From: a virus
Taxonomy: Duplodnaviria > Heunggongvirae > Uroviricota > Caudoviricetes
DNA length: 64,000 nt
Direction: 5' to 3' (one strand)
Virus record (IMG/VR): IMGVR_UViG_3300013126_000015
Span: 22,818-86,817 of that record
The notes beneath the pieces are model-generated. The model saw only the letters and a list, made by a program, of their open reading frames with translations, was not told the origin of the DNA and made no database searches. Positions 54,069 to 63,203 of the stretch are shown here, piece after piece (the first letter of the stretch is position 1; each line of letters opens with the position of its first letter). Position numbers and translations under genes: made by a program.

Positions 54069-54325
54069 GGATCATCTTTATATCTTTCTAAGTGGTTGAA
54101 TGGGTTTGCTATTACATCAAATGATGTACCATATTGTATTTTATCAATAACAGGGTTTCCGGTATGGGTAAAATTAAAAACAACCCGGATATTTCTTTTG
54201 TAGATCCATTTCATCCATATAGTTTTTCCTGATATCGTTGTTCTAGGGAATATTGTGAAATGATTCCGCCAATTATAACAACGAGGGGAATCTAAACATA
54301 TGAATCTAATATCTTTAATTTTCAT
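54062..54325 (-). CDS. hypothetical protein (87 aa)
   Basis: ORF. Confidence 0.4.
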   Translation of the reverse strand: MKIKDIRFICLDSPRCYNWRNHFTIFPRTTISGKTIWMKWIYKRNIRVVFNFTHTGNPVIDKIQYGTSFDVIANPFNHLERYKDDPW

Positions 54326-54552
54326 TGAATAAGTGCCTCTATTGGGAATATTGCATCATCTGGATTGCATATGACATGAAAAATATCACCACGCTCTATT
54401 TCACTAAAAAACCCAGCCGAGTCAACACCGACAATTGCCCTATAAAAATAAGTATCAAACCATATCCATCTACCACTAGCTAATTTTCGTGGGATAATAG
54501 CATACGATTCTCGCCATCCAGTTGACGTTACCACTAATTTATAATCAGCCAT
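54322..54552 (-). CDS. hypothetical protein (76 aa)
   Basis: ORF. Confidence 0.4.
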   Translation of the reverse strand: MADYKLVVTSTGWRESYAIIPRKLASGRWIWFDTYFYRAIVGVDSAGFFSEIERGDIFHVICNPDDAIFPIEALIQ

Positions 54553-54554
54553 TA

Positions 54555-54791
54555 TTAAAATCTATTTGGATGGTGTTTTAACAGTTTGGTTTCAATCTTA
54601 TGCCATTTTCCAACAACATATGAATGTGACCCAAGGTAGTGCAATTTTGCAAAAATTCTATCGATTATGTTTGGGATATTACGTCGAACATTAAAGTTAT
54701 AATCATAGTTAGCAGTCCCGCGTAATCTGTCGCGGATTTTATATTTTAACGGATATACTACCGGTGCAAATTGTTTCATGGTCAACACCAT
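54555..54791 (-). CDS. hypothetical protein (78 aa)
   Basis: ORF. Confidence 0.4.
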   Translation of the reverse strand: MVLTMKQFAPVVYPLKYKIRDRLRGTANYDYNFNVRRNIPNIIDRIFAKLHYLGSHSYVVGKWHKIETKLLKHHPNRF

Positions 54792-54970
54792 CTTAAAATA
54801 AAGTAAGTGTAATCTCGCTGGTTATCAAATTGTATCACATCTTTTAGAATTTTGCAATGGAATTCTTTTTCGAATTCTTTAGTAGATGGTTCGGTGCCAT
54901 GTGTATTTTCATACCATTCATAGGCACTGAACACTTCATTACTTCTGAATAGTAACTCATGTTTTTTCAT
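54782..54970 (-). CDS. family II small protein (...DYTYFILRWC)
   Basis: C-terminal motif. Confidence 0.45.
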   Translation of the reverse strand: MKKHELLFRSNEVFSAYEWYENTHGTEPSTKEFEKEFHCKILKDVIQFDNQRDYTYFILRWC

Positions 54971-55266
54971 TATTCACCAAATTTTAACACAAATAATGTT
55001 CTATCCTGTTCTTTTTTAAAGTAAAAACGAAAATATCCATCCTCATCAATGCCATGATAGAATCTATCTTTAAATGATTCTTCGCACCATAAGATTGATT
55101 CTACCAATTGATCATGTGAGTCATGCATACTTGTAAAATTTGATCTTACGTAATAAATGAATGCTGTTTCGTGAGTGTTATCTAGTTGGCCAACTGATTT
55201 CACTATTACCGGAGTCCAGTCATATCTATTTCTCATTGAAAAAATCGATGCTGATGGGATTGACAT
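54970..55266 (-). CDS. family II small protein (...DRTLFVLKFGE); track ORF trimmed to internal ATG 55266
   Basis: AT-rich low-complexity N-terminal extension in track ORF is implausible. Confidence 0.4.
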   Translation of the reverse strand: MSIPSASIFSMRNRYDWTPVIVKSVGQLDNTHETAFIYYVRSNFTSMHDSHDQLVESILWCEESFKDRFYHGIDEDGYFRFYFKKEQDRTLFVLKFGE

Positions 55267-55330
55267 AGGTTGTACACCCACGATGTCATTGGCAATTGAT
55301 TGTGGTATTATCTTTCTTAATAATGGTATA

Positions 55331-55516
55331 TTAATCTCTGTCACGGTGCTCATGATGGTGATGTCGGTTATGATGCTGATTATGATGGTATTGGTATTGT
55401 GGATAATACCTTGGGTAATATACAGGTTGAACTGGGTAATAATAGCTGTCGTATCCACGGTAATTGTGGGCACATCCAACTAAAAATAATAACGATAATA
55501 CTAATAATTTATTCAT
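55331..55516 (-). CDS. His/Tyr/Pro-rich lipoprotein (61 aa; lipobox LVGC)
   Basis: MNKLLVLSLLFLVGCA then YYYPVQPVYYPRYYP...HHNRHHHHEH. Confidence 0.5.
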   Translation of the reverse strand: MNKLLVLSLLFLVGCAHNYRGYDSYYYPVQPVYYPRYYPQYQYHHNQHHNRHHHHEHRDRD

Positions 55517-56459
55517 AAATTGTAACACAGTTTTTTCCATTGTTTTTGGCTTTATACAAAGCAATATCAGATCGTTTATAAGTATCGATCCATGATGAAT
55601 CGGTGTATTTATCACACATTGCCGCGCCTATACTTATAGTAATTGGTTGTTCTAACTTTAACATAGGTTGGCTATTCTGTACTATTACTCTAATTTTTTC
55701 ACACAATGATGGTAATTTGTGAGGTTTAGTATCACTGCAGATGATGACGAATTCTTCTCCACCAAATCTGCAAACTACATCCGTAATTCTTACGGCATTT
55801 TTGATAACATTAGCGACATGTTTTAATACTATATCACCTACATCATGCCCAAAAGTATCATTAATTATTTTAAAATCATCTAAATCAATGCTTATGATAG
55901 AGAATGGTATTGATGATCTATATGAGTTATTCCATAACCGTACCAATTTGTCTTCTGCATAACGTCTATTATATAACCCAGTAAGTACATCTGTTATTAA
56001 TTGGTGATATAAATTGTTAGCATGCTCTTCCAAATATACATTATGTTTAGACAAATTATCATTTTCTAATTTGATTGAATATATCTGATTAACAATATAC
56101 ATGGCATTTATTAATCTACCATGAAGTTCAGTAGTGTTTATTGGTTTTTTTATAAAATCATTTGCACCAGCTTTGAATGCTAATTGTAATACGGACATAT
56201 CTGTTTCGACTGTCATCATAATTATATAATACCATTTATGATGTTGTCTAAGTATTTTACATAATTCAATACCATCGATTGAATTTAAATGACAGTCGGC
56301 AATTATTACATCGGGGTTATGTAATGGGATATTTAATATGGCAGATTCTATTGAGTGTTCACAATATACATTAAACTGCATTGATGACAAATAAGAACTC
56401 AATATAATAAGATTGATTTCATCATCATCAATCAATAATATATTAAATCCTCTATTCAT
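55509..56459 (-). CDS. response-regulator receiver + GGDEF diguanylate cyclase (GGEEF active site)
   Basis: N-terminal REC (LLIDDDE...D), C-terminal RFGGEEF. Confidence 0.7.
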   Translation of the reverse strand: MNRGFNILLIDDDEINLIILSSYLSSMQFNVYCEHSIESAILNIPLHNPDVIIADCHLNSIDGIELCKILRQHHKWYYIIMMTVETDMSVLQLAFKAGANDFIKKPINTTELHGRLINAMYIVNQIYSIKLENDNLSKHNVYLEEHANNLYHQLITDVLTGLYNRRYAEDKLVRLWNNSYRSSIPFSIISIDLDDFKIINDTFGHDVGDIVLKHVANVIKNAVRITDVVCRFGGEEFVIICSDTKPHKLPSLCEKIRVIVQNSQPMLKLEQPITISIGAAMCDKYTDSSWIDTYKRSDIALYKAKNNGKNCVTIYE

Positions 56460-56467
56460 GGATCACT

Positions 56468-56740
56468 TTATTTTTTGTTAGGGGTGAATTTAGTGAATTT
56501 ACCTTTATCACCTCTAATAGACGGTCCTATTAGGTTTTTACCTTGTGATCTTTGCGTTGCATTTATATTGCATCCGTTTTTAAATGACTGACTACTACCA
56601 TTACATTGGCTTGCATTTTTGTTATGCTTCCTAGCCCAATACCATCCAGCACGATGTCCGGCACAGTTTTTTGTGCACTGGCTTCCATGGAATGTCAATT
56701 CATTGATGATTTCATAAACTTTCATAAATTTATTTATCAT
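56468..56740 (-). CDS. Cys-rich small protein (90 aa)
   Basis: ORF; late-promoter-like TATAAATG upstream. Confidence 0.4.
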   Translation of the reverse strand: MINKFMKVYEIINELTFHGSQCTKNCAGHRAGWYWARKHNKNASQCNGSSQSFKNGCNINATQRSQGKNLIGPSIRGDKGKFTKFTPNKK

Positions 56741-56772
56741 TTATAAATATAATATAGTCATGGAGAATTACT

Positions 56773-56880
56773 ATGCTTGCTAATATGAGTACGATGAAAT
56801 TCTTTTTCCTTATTTCAGCATTATTATCAATACCATTAGTTATGTATGCTGTTGTTATATATTGGTGTTTTTATTAGATG
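56773..56880 (+). CDS. small hydrophobic peptide (35 aa) on + strand
   Basis: GGAGAA SD 7 nt before ATG 56773. Confidence 0.3.
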
Positions 56881-57109
56881 CCCACCCTGATAACCATTTT
56901 ATTTTTTTATCAGTATCTCTATAGACCAGGATAGGATAATTCCACATTAAGCAAAACAGTATTGCTAACACCCACCACGGAATTTGTGTAAAAAATTCTG
57001 GTACATCATCTCTATATACTAGAACACTAGCGATAAAACCAACTATTCCTTCAAATTCAGTAACCCTAGAAATGGTCGTCGTCGCTTTCAATGATGTCAT
57101 ATTTTCCAA
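56855..57109 (-). CDS. small membrane protein (84 aa)
   Basis: TM segment WWVLAILFCLMW. Confidence 0.4.
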   Translation of the reverse strand: MENMTSLKATTTISRVTEFEGIVGFIASVLVYRDDVPEFFTQIPWWVLAILFCLMWNYPILVYRDTDKKIKWLSGWASNKNTNI

Positions 57110-58544
57110 CTGTTGCCGCCTTTACTGCCGGTTGTTCAGTATTATTTCTTGAAAATGTCATTTGTCTAAGTTTAGCGGTGTTCATTTCAACTTTAGATGG
57201 TTTTATAAATGTTTGTTCTTCGACATTTGGTGTCACTTCTGATGATTTGGTAAGATTGTTTAAGTATAGTTGCGACGTTGAAATAACTGGTGCATCATCA
57301 TCGTCATCATCAGAATCATCATCTGTTATTCTCATTGTACTAACATCATACTTCAATGTCAAGTTTTTTCCGACACCGCTTGAATTTCTGGTTTTTAACA
57401 ACTGTAATTGATACTTACCATGATCTTTTAATGCATGTGATGAATTAATGGCGAACACGTTGTCAGCAGTTTGTATCTTTGATATACCACCGGAAATGTG
57501 AGCATGATTAAACACTACTTCATCAATTGAACTTCTGTTTAACTGGGATGCAGTGATTACCACACATTTCTTTTCTGCCGCTAATACACGTAATTCTTCA
57601 CTTACGTATTTGTCTTTAATAAATAAATTTTCTGCAGATATTTTTGCACGTACTGGATGTAACAAATCTAAGTAATCTACTGCCAAGATGTCTACTTTTT
57701 TCCCATACCTAACTTCATATTCTTTTAAATATGATCGCAAATCATTACATGTTTTTCCACTAGGAATGTACTTTATCTGTAAAGACCCATTTTTTTTACC
57801 ATGCATGACAACTTGTAACTCAACATCATCTATATTTTTAAATATGTTTTTGGTTTCTACTCCGGTTATCATGGCATCCATTCTCATTGCTACCAAATCT
57901 TCGGCTAGTTCCAATGAAACATAGACAACATTTAATCCTTGAAATGACCAATTTAATGCCAAGTTAGCTAGAAATAAAGATTTACCACCACCAGATTGTG
58001 CACAGAATATAGATAACTCACCACGATTCATGCCACCATATAAATATTTGTCAAGTTTTGTCCATCCAGTTGACATCTGACCATTAGTATCTCTAATTCG
58101 CATCAACCGTGTACGCGGATCTTGATAATAATTTAGTCCTAAGTCTCTATTTAACCCTATTTGAACTGCAGTTTTAATTTTATCTTCAACTAATCCATAC
58201 TCACCAGACTCCAGTAATTCAGCAGATTCAATAATTGCTTTTTCTAATGATTTATGTCTAGTAAATATTTCGAATTGTTCTATCACCCAATCAAAATATG
58301 CTTGTTTAATATCAGATAATGGTTCTAGGTTAGAACCTGTCGCTGCATTAACTATTTCAAACGTTGGAATAGTTGAATGGTCATTTACAAAATTATAAAT
58401 GAACTCTGCCGGAGCTTGTAATTTTTTATCAAATAACGTGTGATCAAATATTGATTGGCATATAACGAATGTTTCTGCATCAGATAAAAACAATTCCAAG
58501 TATATTTGCTGTACTTCTAATCCATATGTTGCTGGTAATGTCAT
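57066..58544 (-). CDS. 41: DnaB-family replicative DNA helicase (T4 gp41-like)
   Basis: Walker A CAQSGGGKS, RecA-like C-terminal domain, adjacent primase. Confidence 0.75.
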   Translation of the reverse strand: MTLPATYGLEVQQIYLELFLSDAETFVICQSIFDHTLFDKKLQAPAEFIYNFVNDHSTIPTFEIVNAATGSNLEPLSDIKQAYFDWVIEQFEIFTRHKSLEKAIIESAELLESGEYGLVEDKIKTAVQIGLNRDLGLNYYQDPRTRLMRIRDTNGQMSTGWTKLDKYLYGGMNRGELSIFCAQSGGGKSLFLANLALNWSFQGLNVVYVSLELAEDLVAMRMDAMITGVETKNIFKNIDDVELQVVMHGKKNGSLQIKYIPSGKTCNDLRSYLKEYEVRYGKKVDILAVDYLDLLHPVRAKISAENLFIKDKYVSEELRVLAAEKKCVVITASQLNRSSIDEVVFNHAHISGGISKIQTADNVFAINSSHALKDHGKYQLQLLKTRNSSGVGKNLTLKYDVSTMRITDDDSDDDDDDAPVISTSQLYLNNLTKSSEVTPNVEEQTFIKPSKVEMNTAKLRQMTFSRNNTEQPAVKAATVGKYDIIESDDDHF

Positions 58545-59533
58545 ATATTAAACCATAATGTTTGTTTTACTCGTATCAAAGTAGATGATGATACTCTATT
58601 TTTTATAATACTATATAATGTATATAATCTACCATATCGTTTTACTGCATCATTTACGTCTTTAATGTCATTGTCCCAATCTGGAAAACTAACACTCCAA
58701 TTATATTCAATTGCTGCATCTATTAATTTACTTCCAGCCTCATCCCTGTCAGGGACAATAATAACCTCTTTTTCTAAATTATTAATTATTGCATGTTGAA
58801 CGTTACTAATTTTACTTCCGAGAACCGATACGGCATCAATACACACAGCGTCAATTGGTCCTTCTACAATAATAACGAACTTTCTGTCATCAAGTTGGTT
58901 GTCTATATTAAATACATATCCAACAGGTTGTTCACTAAGATATCGATACTTAGTATCTTCTTTAATAGTTCGACATGTGTATCCTACTATAGTATTTCTA
59001 AACTTAAATGGTATTATAAATTTATCATTATATTTAGAATCTGCTGTCCAGTACCATTCACAATCGTCGATATATAATCCTCTGTTATGCATGTATGACA
59101 AAACATTTACTAATTCGGTAGGTATATTTGATTTATTGATCCATTCTTTTATAGGTTTTGCATCTTCTGGTAAATTAATTGGTGCAAATGATGGTATAAT
59201 CGTATTAGTAGGTGATGAAATATCATCAGTTCGGTGTTGTAATCCTTCTCTGATGCATACTAATATAGCGTCATTAGGTACATTTAGCCACCCAAGAAGT
59301 TTTTTGAATTTATTACTAAGTGGTTTACCGTTAGCCCAACTTGCTTTAAACCCACAATTGAAACACGAGTATGAAATACTATCAGTACTAACGTGAACTC
59401 CTGCACGTTTCCTGGTGTCTGGACTTGTTCCGATGTGTCTACATGCGACACAATCAAACGAAATCCATCCACTTGGTGTTTTCTTTTGTTTGAATGGTAA
59501 GTGTGCCAATACGGTATCAATAATGATACTCAT
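58541..59533 (-). CDS. 61: DNA primase (T4 gp61-like; N-terminal zinc ribbon + Toprim)
   Basis: CVACRH...CFNCGF zinc motif; ATGA overlap with helicase. Confidence 0.7.
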   Translation of the reverse strand: MSIIIDTVLAHLPFKQKKTPSGWISFDCVACRHIGTSPDTRKRAGVHVSTDSISYSCFNCGFKASWANGKPLSNKFKKLLGWLNVPNDAILVCIREGLQHRTDDISSPTNTIIPSFAPINLPEDAKPIKEWINKSNIPTELVNVLSYMHNRGLYIDDCEWYWTADSKYNDKFIIPFKFRNTIVGYTCRTIKEDTKYRYLSEQPVGYVFNIDNQLDDRKFVIIVEGPIDAVCIDAVSVLGSKISNVQHAIINNLEKEVIIVPDRDEAGSKLIDAAIEYNWSVSFPDWDNDIKDVNDAVKRYGRLYTLYSIIKNRVSSSTLIRVKQTLWFNI

Positions 59534-59542
59534 ATAAGAATT

Positions 59543-60358
59543 TTATAATTTGATTGATACTTGTTTAATTTTTCCAACGTTGCCATTACGTGGAGTATAT
59601 TTAACTCGCATCCAACCGACATTATTTGAATAATCAATAATTTCATTATATTGTTTTAATACTATAGTGGTTGAAGGAGATATAGAAAAAGTTTCAATAG
59701 TTGTCCAAGCTGTTGCAGTACTTACGACAGCATAATTTGTTATTTGTATGGAAACATCTGCATCCAAATTTTCGGCAATGAACTCTAAGTTTATATATGG
59801 CTTAGTAATAGCATCATTTGGTGGATTAATTTCCACAGCTTCGCTGAAATAATTATATGTCATTGTCGGAAAAGCAGTATCATCTGGTAGAAATGTAAAT
59901 GTGTTTATGATGATTGGTGGCAATTCTTCTGGAACTACCCCATCCCATAAACGTAATTTTCCACCCATACCATATTGCACATCACCATAAATTGGTGACT
60001 TTGTTCCATTACTATTTAAAACATACAATGAATACTTCAATAATTGAGGCTTTATTGATGATAGCGAAGATGATGGGATTGTGCAACTTGCAAGACCTTT
60101 AGTATTTGGTACAGGGATAACGGCAACGGTGCATAATTCTTGGTTTAATTCATCCAGTATAACCATTTTCATAGTTAAACCTGATACATCTAATCGGCGT
60201 TGATCACCATTTTTTATATCAAACTCAATGGTGTTTTCAATGCCTTGGTATATGTTGATTGTTCGTTGAAACACTATTCTCCACTCCGTTGGCAAATATC
60301 CAGCATCACTTACAATCTGGATTCTATTCTTATAAATGTAACTTGATATTTTTTGCAT
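59543..60358 (-). CDS. hypothetical protein (271 aa); track ORF trimmed to ATG 60358
   Basis: N-terminal 49 aa of track ORF are low-complexity AT translation. Confidence 0.4.
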   Translation of the reverse strand: MQKISSYIYKNRIQIVSDAGYLPTEWRIVFQRTINIYQGIENTIEFDIKNGDQRRLDVSGLTMKMVILDELNQELCTVAVIPVPNTKGLASCTIPSSSLSSIKPQLLKYSLYVLNSNGTKSPIYGDVQYGMGGKLRLWDGVVPEELPPIIINTFTFLPDDTAFPTMTYNYFSEAVEINPPNDAITKPYINLEFIAENLDADVSIQITNYAVVSTATAWTTIETFSISPSTTIVLKQYNEIIDYSNNVGWMRVKYTPRNGNVGKIKQVSIKL

Positions 60359-60409
60359 TACAGTATTTATCTCAAAACATAAATATCTTATATTTATTTT
60401 GGACACATC

Positions 60410-60787
60410 ATGATCAATTTGAGAGACACTATTGCAGACAAGTTCCCGTTTATTTCCGTAATTCAATATGGTAGTAATGAATATGTTGGTATAATAATAA
60501 ACCAAGATTCATTTGTAACTAGTTTTTACGATCTTAACTTAGTAAAATATCAGAATCAATTACCAGAGATTTTAGAATTAGGAGATATATGGTGGTGGGA
60601 ATCAAATCATAAAATACCAATTAATATATTTTTACGAAATGAAATGAATGCATTTAAATACTCTATAAAAACATTTACCAATAAAGATATACAGGTGTTA
60701 ATGGGACCAATAGTAAATATGTCACAACTAGCAGTAAAGAGACAAAAAACAAAATCAGTTCAACTTATTAGAATACCTAAAAATTAA
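60410..60787 (+). CDS. hypothetical protein (125 aa) on + strand
   Basis: ORF between minus-strand genes; no clear SD. Confidence 0.3.
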   Translation: MINLRDTIADKFPFISVIQYGSNEYVGIIINQDSFVTSFYDLNLVKYQNQLPEILELGDIWWWESNHKIPINIFLRNEMNAFKYSIKTFTNKDIQVLMGPIVNMSQLAVKRQKTKSVQLIRIPKN

Positions 60788-61328
60788 GATTTAACTGTAC
60801 AATTATTAACATTGCGTAGGAAAAACTATGGCTTTTTTTAAAGGTGTATCCATCATCACTTTTTAACCAAACTTCTTCCATTATTTCATCCCATGATTTA
60901 TTAATCAGGTGTTTTTTTCCTGGTCTAATAATTGCCAATACCGCTGCCAACTGTTCAATCGAACGTGGTTTTAATTTGACTAGCGTTTCAAAATGATTTG
61001 ACACTTGAAATAATTTTCCAACAACATCCAAATCTAATAATAGATCCCAATCTGGTTCCTTATTACATAGTTCTAATAAATGCTGCTCAGATGTAACGCC
61101 ATTGTATGCAGACACATTTAAAAAATCCATCTTAAAATACCCACGATTCTCTGCTTCTTTATAATCAACAGTTGCCATACCAGTGAATGGATTATGTGGG
61201 ATATTATGAAAATACACCCCAGTATTATGGGGAGCGAATCCATCATCTGTTTTTCTAACTGCTTTTACATGCGGCAACACATCAAGCGCATCCAACCGAT
61301 TTATAAAATCAATAACAATATCAGGCAT
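60777..61328 (-). CDS. hypothetical protein (183 aa)
   Basis: ORF. Confidence 0.45.
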   Translation of the reverse strand: MPDIVIDFINRLDALDVLPHVKAVRKTDDGFAPHNTGVYFHNIPHNPFTGMATVDYKEAENRGYFKMDFLNVSAYNGVTSEQHLLELCNKEPDWDLLLDLDVVGKLFQVSNHFETLVKLKPRSIEQLAAVLAIIRPGKKHLINKSWDEIMEEVWLKSDDGYTFKKSHSFSYAMLIIVQLNLNF

Positions 61329-61558
61329 TACTGGACTATCTCTGTTTTATATAACAACAGTGGAAGATATGTAGCTAAAAATTCAGAATAATCAATTACA
61401 TCATCAAAATCACCAAATCCTGACATTTTTATATGGACAGAATGATCATCTTCTATGGCAGCAATTTCTATTTTTACATTAGTAGACAATGGGGCTAAAT
61501 TAGTATACCCTGGTTTGGTATATTTTATTTTATGTTTTTTATGCTTCTTTTTACTCAT
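61328..61558 (-). CDS. hypothetical protein (76 aa)
   Basis: ORF. Confidence 0.4.
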   Translation of the reverse strand: MSKKKHKKHKIKYTKPGYTNLAPLSTNVKIEIAAIEDDHSVHIKMSGFGDFDDVIDYSEFLATYLPLLLYKTEIVQ

Positions 61559-62229
61559 AAGTTTGCAGCCTCAACTATATTATTAACAAATTCAACATCA
61601 TCAGGTTTGCTATTAAATATATTAACCCATTTATCAGCATCCAATACCGTGTTAATAGTATTTAATTGATCGTCACGAAACCTTGATAACAATCGCATAC
61701 CACCTGCTGCATTTATGAGCAACCATGGACTAATTTTTCCATCTTTTATATGATAATAAGCCACGTTTAAATTAACATCATCGAAATATTTATTCCACTC
61801 AGATCCATTTTCATCGGCCCATTTTTGCATAGTCATTACACTACGCTCAAGGGCAGTTTGAACAGATTCAGTATAAATTAAAGAAATTACATACTTATCA
61901 TACACCGAATCTTTACACCATTTATCTAAATGTATAGAATTCTTAATTAAATAATCAATATATTTTTCTGGGTACAATGGTTTGATGTTATTGACAAAAC
62001 TACCAAATTTTATAAACCCATTATAATATGGACTTTTAACAAAATCATCAAATGTTTTTTTACCGGATGACAATGGTGAACTTAATTCATAAAATTTTAC
62101 AAATGCATTCAATGCAATAACACTATGTTTTTCATTTCTTGCATTATGTCTTCGTTTTTGTTCGCAAACATGTGATGACAGTGTGCTATCACGTAAGAAC
62201 TCTTTATTGCAAAATTTACAAATGCCCAT
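61555..62229 (-). CDS. hypothetical protein with N-terminal C2H2-like zinc finger (CKFCNKEF...HVCEQK)
   Basis: motif in translation. Confidence 0.45.
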   Translation of the reverse strand: MGICKFCNKEFLRDSTLSSHVCEQKRRHNARNEKHSVIALNAFVKFYELSSPLSSGKKTFDDFVKSPYYNGFIKFGSFVNNIKPLYPEKYIDYLIKNSIHLDKWCKDSVYDKYVISLIYTESVQTALERSVMTMQKWADENGSEWNKYFDDVNLNVAYYHIKDGKISPWLLINAAGGMRLLSRFRDDQLNTINTVLDADKWVNIFNSKPDDVEFVNNIVEAANL

Positions 62230-62699
62230 TACTTAAATATTGCCTTTATTTGTTTATTGGTATACCCATGATGTGCTGCCAATGTTTTCAGCTCATCTAC
62301 TGGGGTTATTTTAGCCAATAGTGTTAATTCATCGCTCTTCATCAGTGGATACATTTCTTCTAAGAATTTTACTACAGGATTCTTCTTTGTTCGTTTGTAA
62401 CCAATCCATTCATGAAATAATGTATTGTTAACAGGGGAGCATATGCATAATAGTCTCCATAACAGACCAGGATGCGATTGTAGCGCATTCCAGTGTTTAT
62501 TGTAGTACTCGTTCACCGTTCTCACTAGATGCGCCTGTAGCTCATTGTCGTTGGTTTTTATGCTACTTATGTATCTGTTCAGCGTATAAAATGTTTTCTT
62601 TAATTCTTTTTGTTGGTTTTCATCTAATGATTCCCATATATTTAATTCATGACGATCAATGAGTTTTAATACTTCTGCCAATTCTAGTGGGTCGCTCAT
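62229..62699 (-). CDS. hypothetical protein (156 aa)
   Basis: ORF. Confidence 0.45.
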   Translation of the reverse strand: MSDPLELAEVLKLIDRHELNIWESLDENQQKELKKTFYTLNRYISSIKTNDNELQAHLVRTVNEYYNKHWNALQSHPGLLWRLLCICSPVNNTLFHEWIGYKRTKKNPVVKFLEEMYPLMKSDELTLLAKITPVDELKTLAAHHGYTNKQIKAIFK

Positions 62700-63202
62700 A
62701 ACAGTTTATGTAAATCAATAATTTCATTTTGTCGAGAAAAATCTTTAATAATAAAAACACACAATGATTCATCATTAGTGGTTATTGGGTATGCTAATAA
62801 ATTATTTTGTTTCAGGTGTGGGAAGTACCACTTTACATCATTATAAAAATTTGTTATGGTTACTGGTTTATATTCTACCCTGAAGCTAGTCAATGGATTA
62901 TAGCAGAATGCTTCGAATCCTCTATCATTCAGAGATGTTAACGGTATTATTTCCACATCACTACCAGATAAACTATCACCAACGGCAAGACTCCAATCGA
63001 CTGGTACCGTGATTTCATGTTCACCTATCTTCAACACTATGGCTGGACTATTAAATATATCTATGATCACCAATGGATGGAAGAAAAAATCAGGTGAACT
63101 AGGCACACTATTGTTTAGTATAGCATATCTTATGTCTTCATCCAATTCATCCGGTAAATGCGTTAAATCGTAAATTTTATTTTCGACTGTCAAAATTCTC
63201 AT
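62696..63202 (-). CDS. hypothetical protein (168 aa)
   Basis: ORF. Confidence 0.45.
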   Translation of the reverse strand: MRILTVENKIYDLTHLPDELDEDIRYAILNNSVPSSPDFFFHPLVIIDIFNSPAIVLKIGEHEITVPVDWSLAVGDSLSGSDVEIIPLTSLNDRGFEAFCYNPLTSFRVEYKPVTITNFYNDVKWYFPHLKQNNLLAYPITTNDESLCVFIIKDFSRQNEIIDLHKLL

Positions 63203-63203
63203 A

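Noticed and set aside
59543-60505. Full-length 320-aa track ORF 59543..60505
   Set aside because: The first ~49 codons (MVYYYTNIFITTILNYGNKREL...) look like low-complexity AT translation with no SD. It was trimmed to the internal ATG at 60358.
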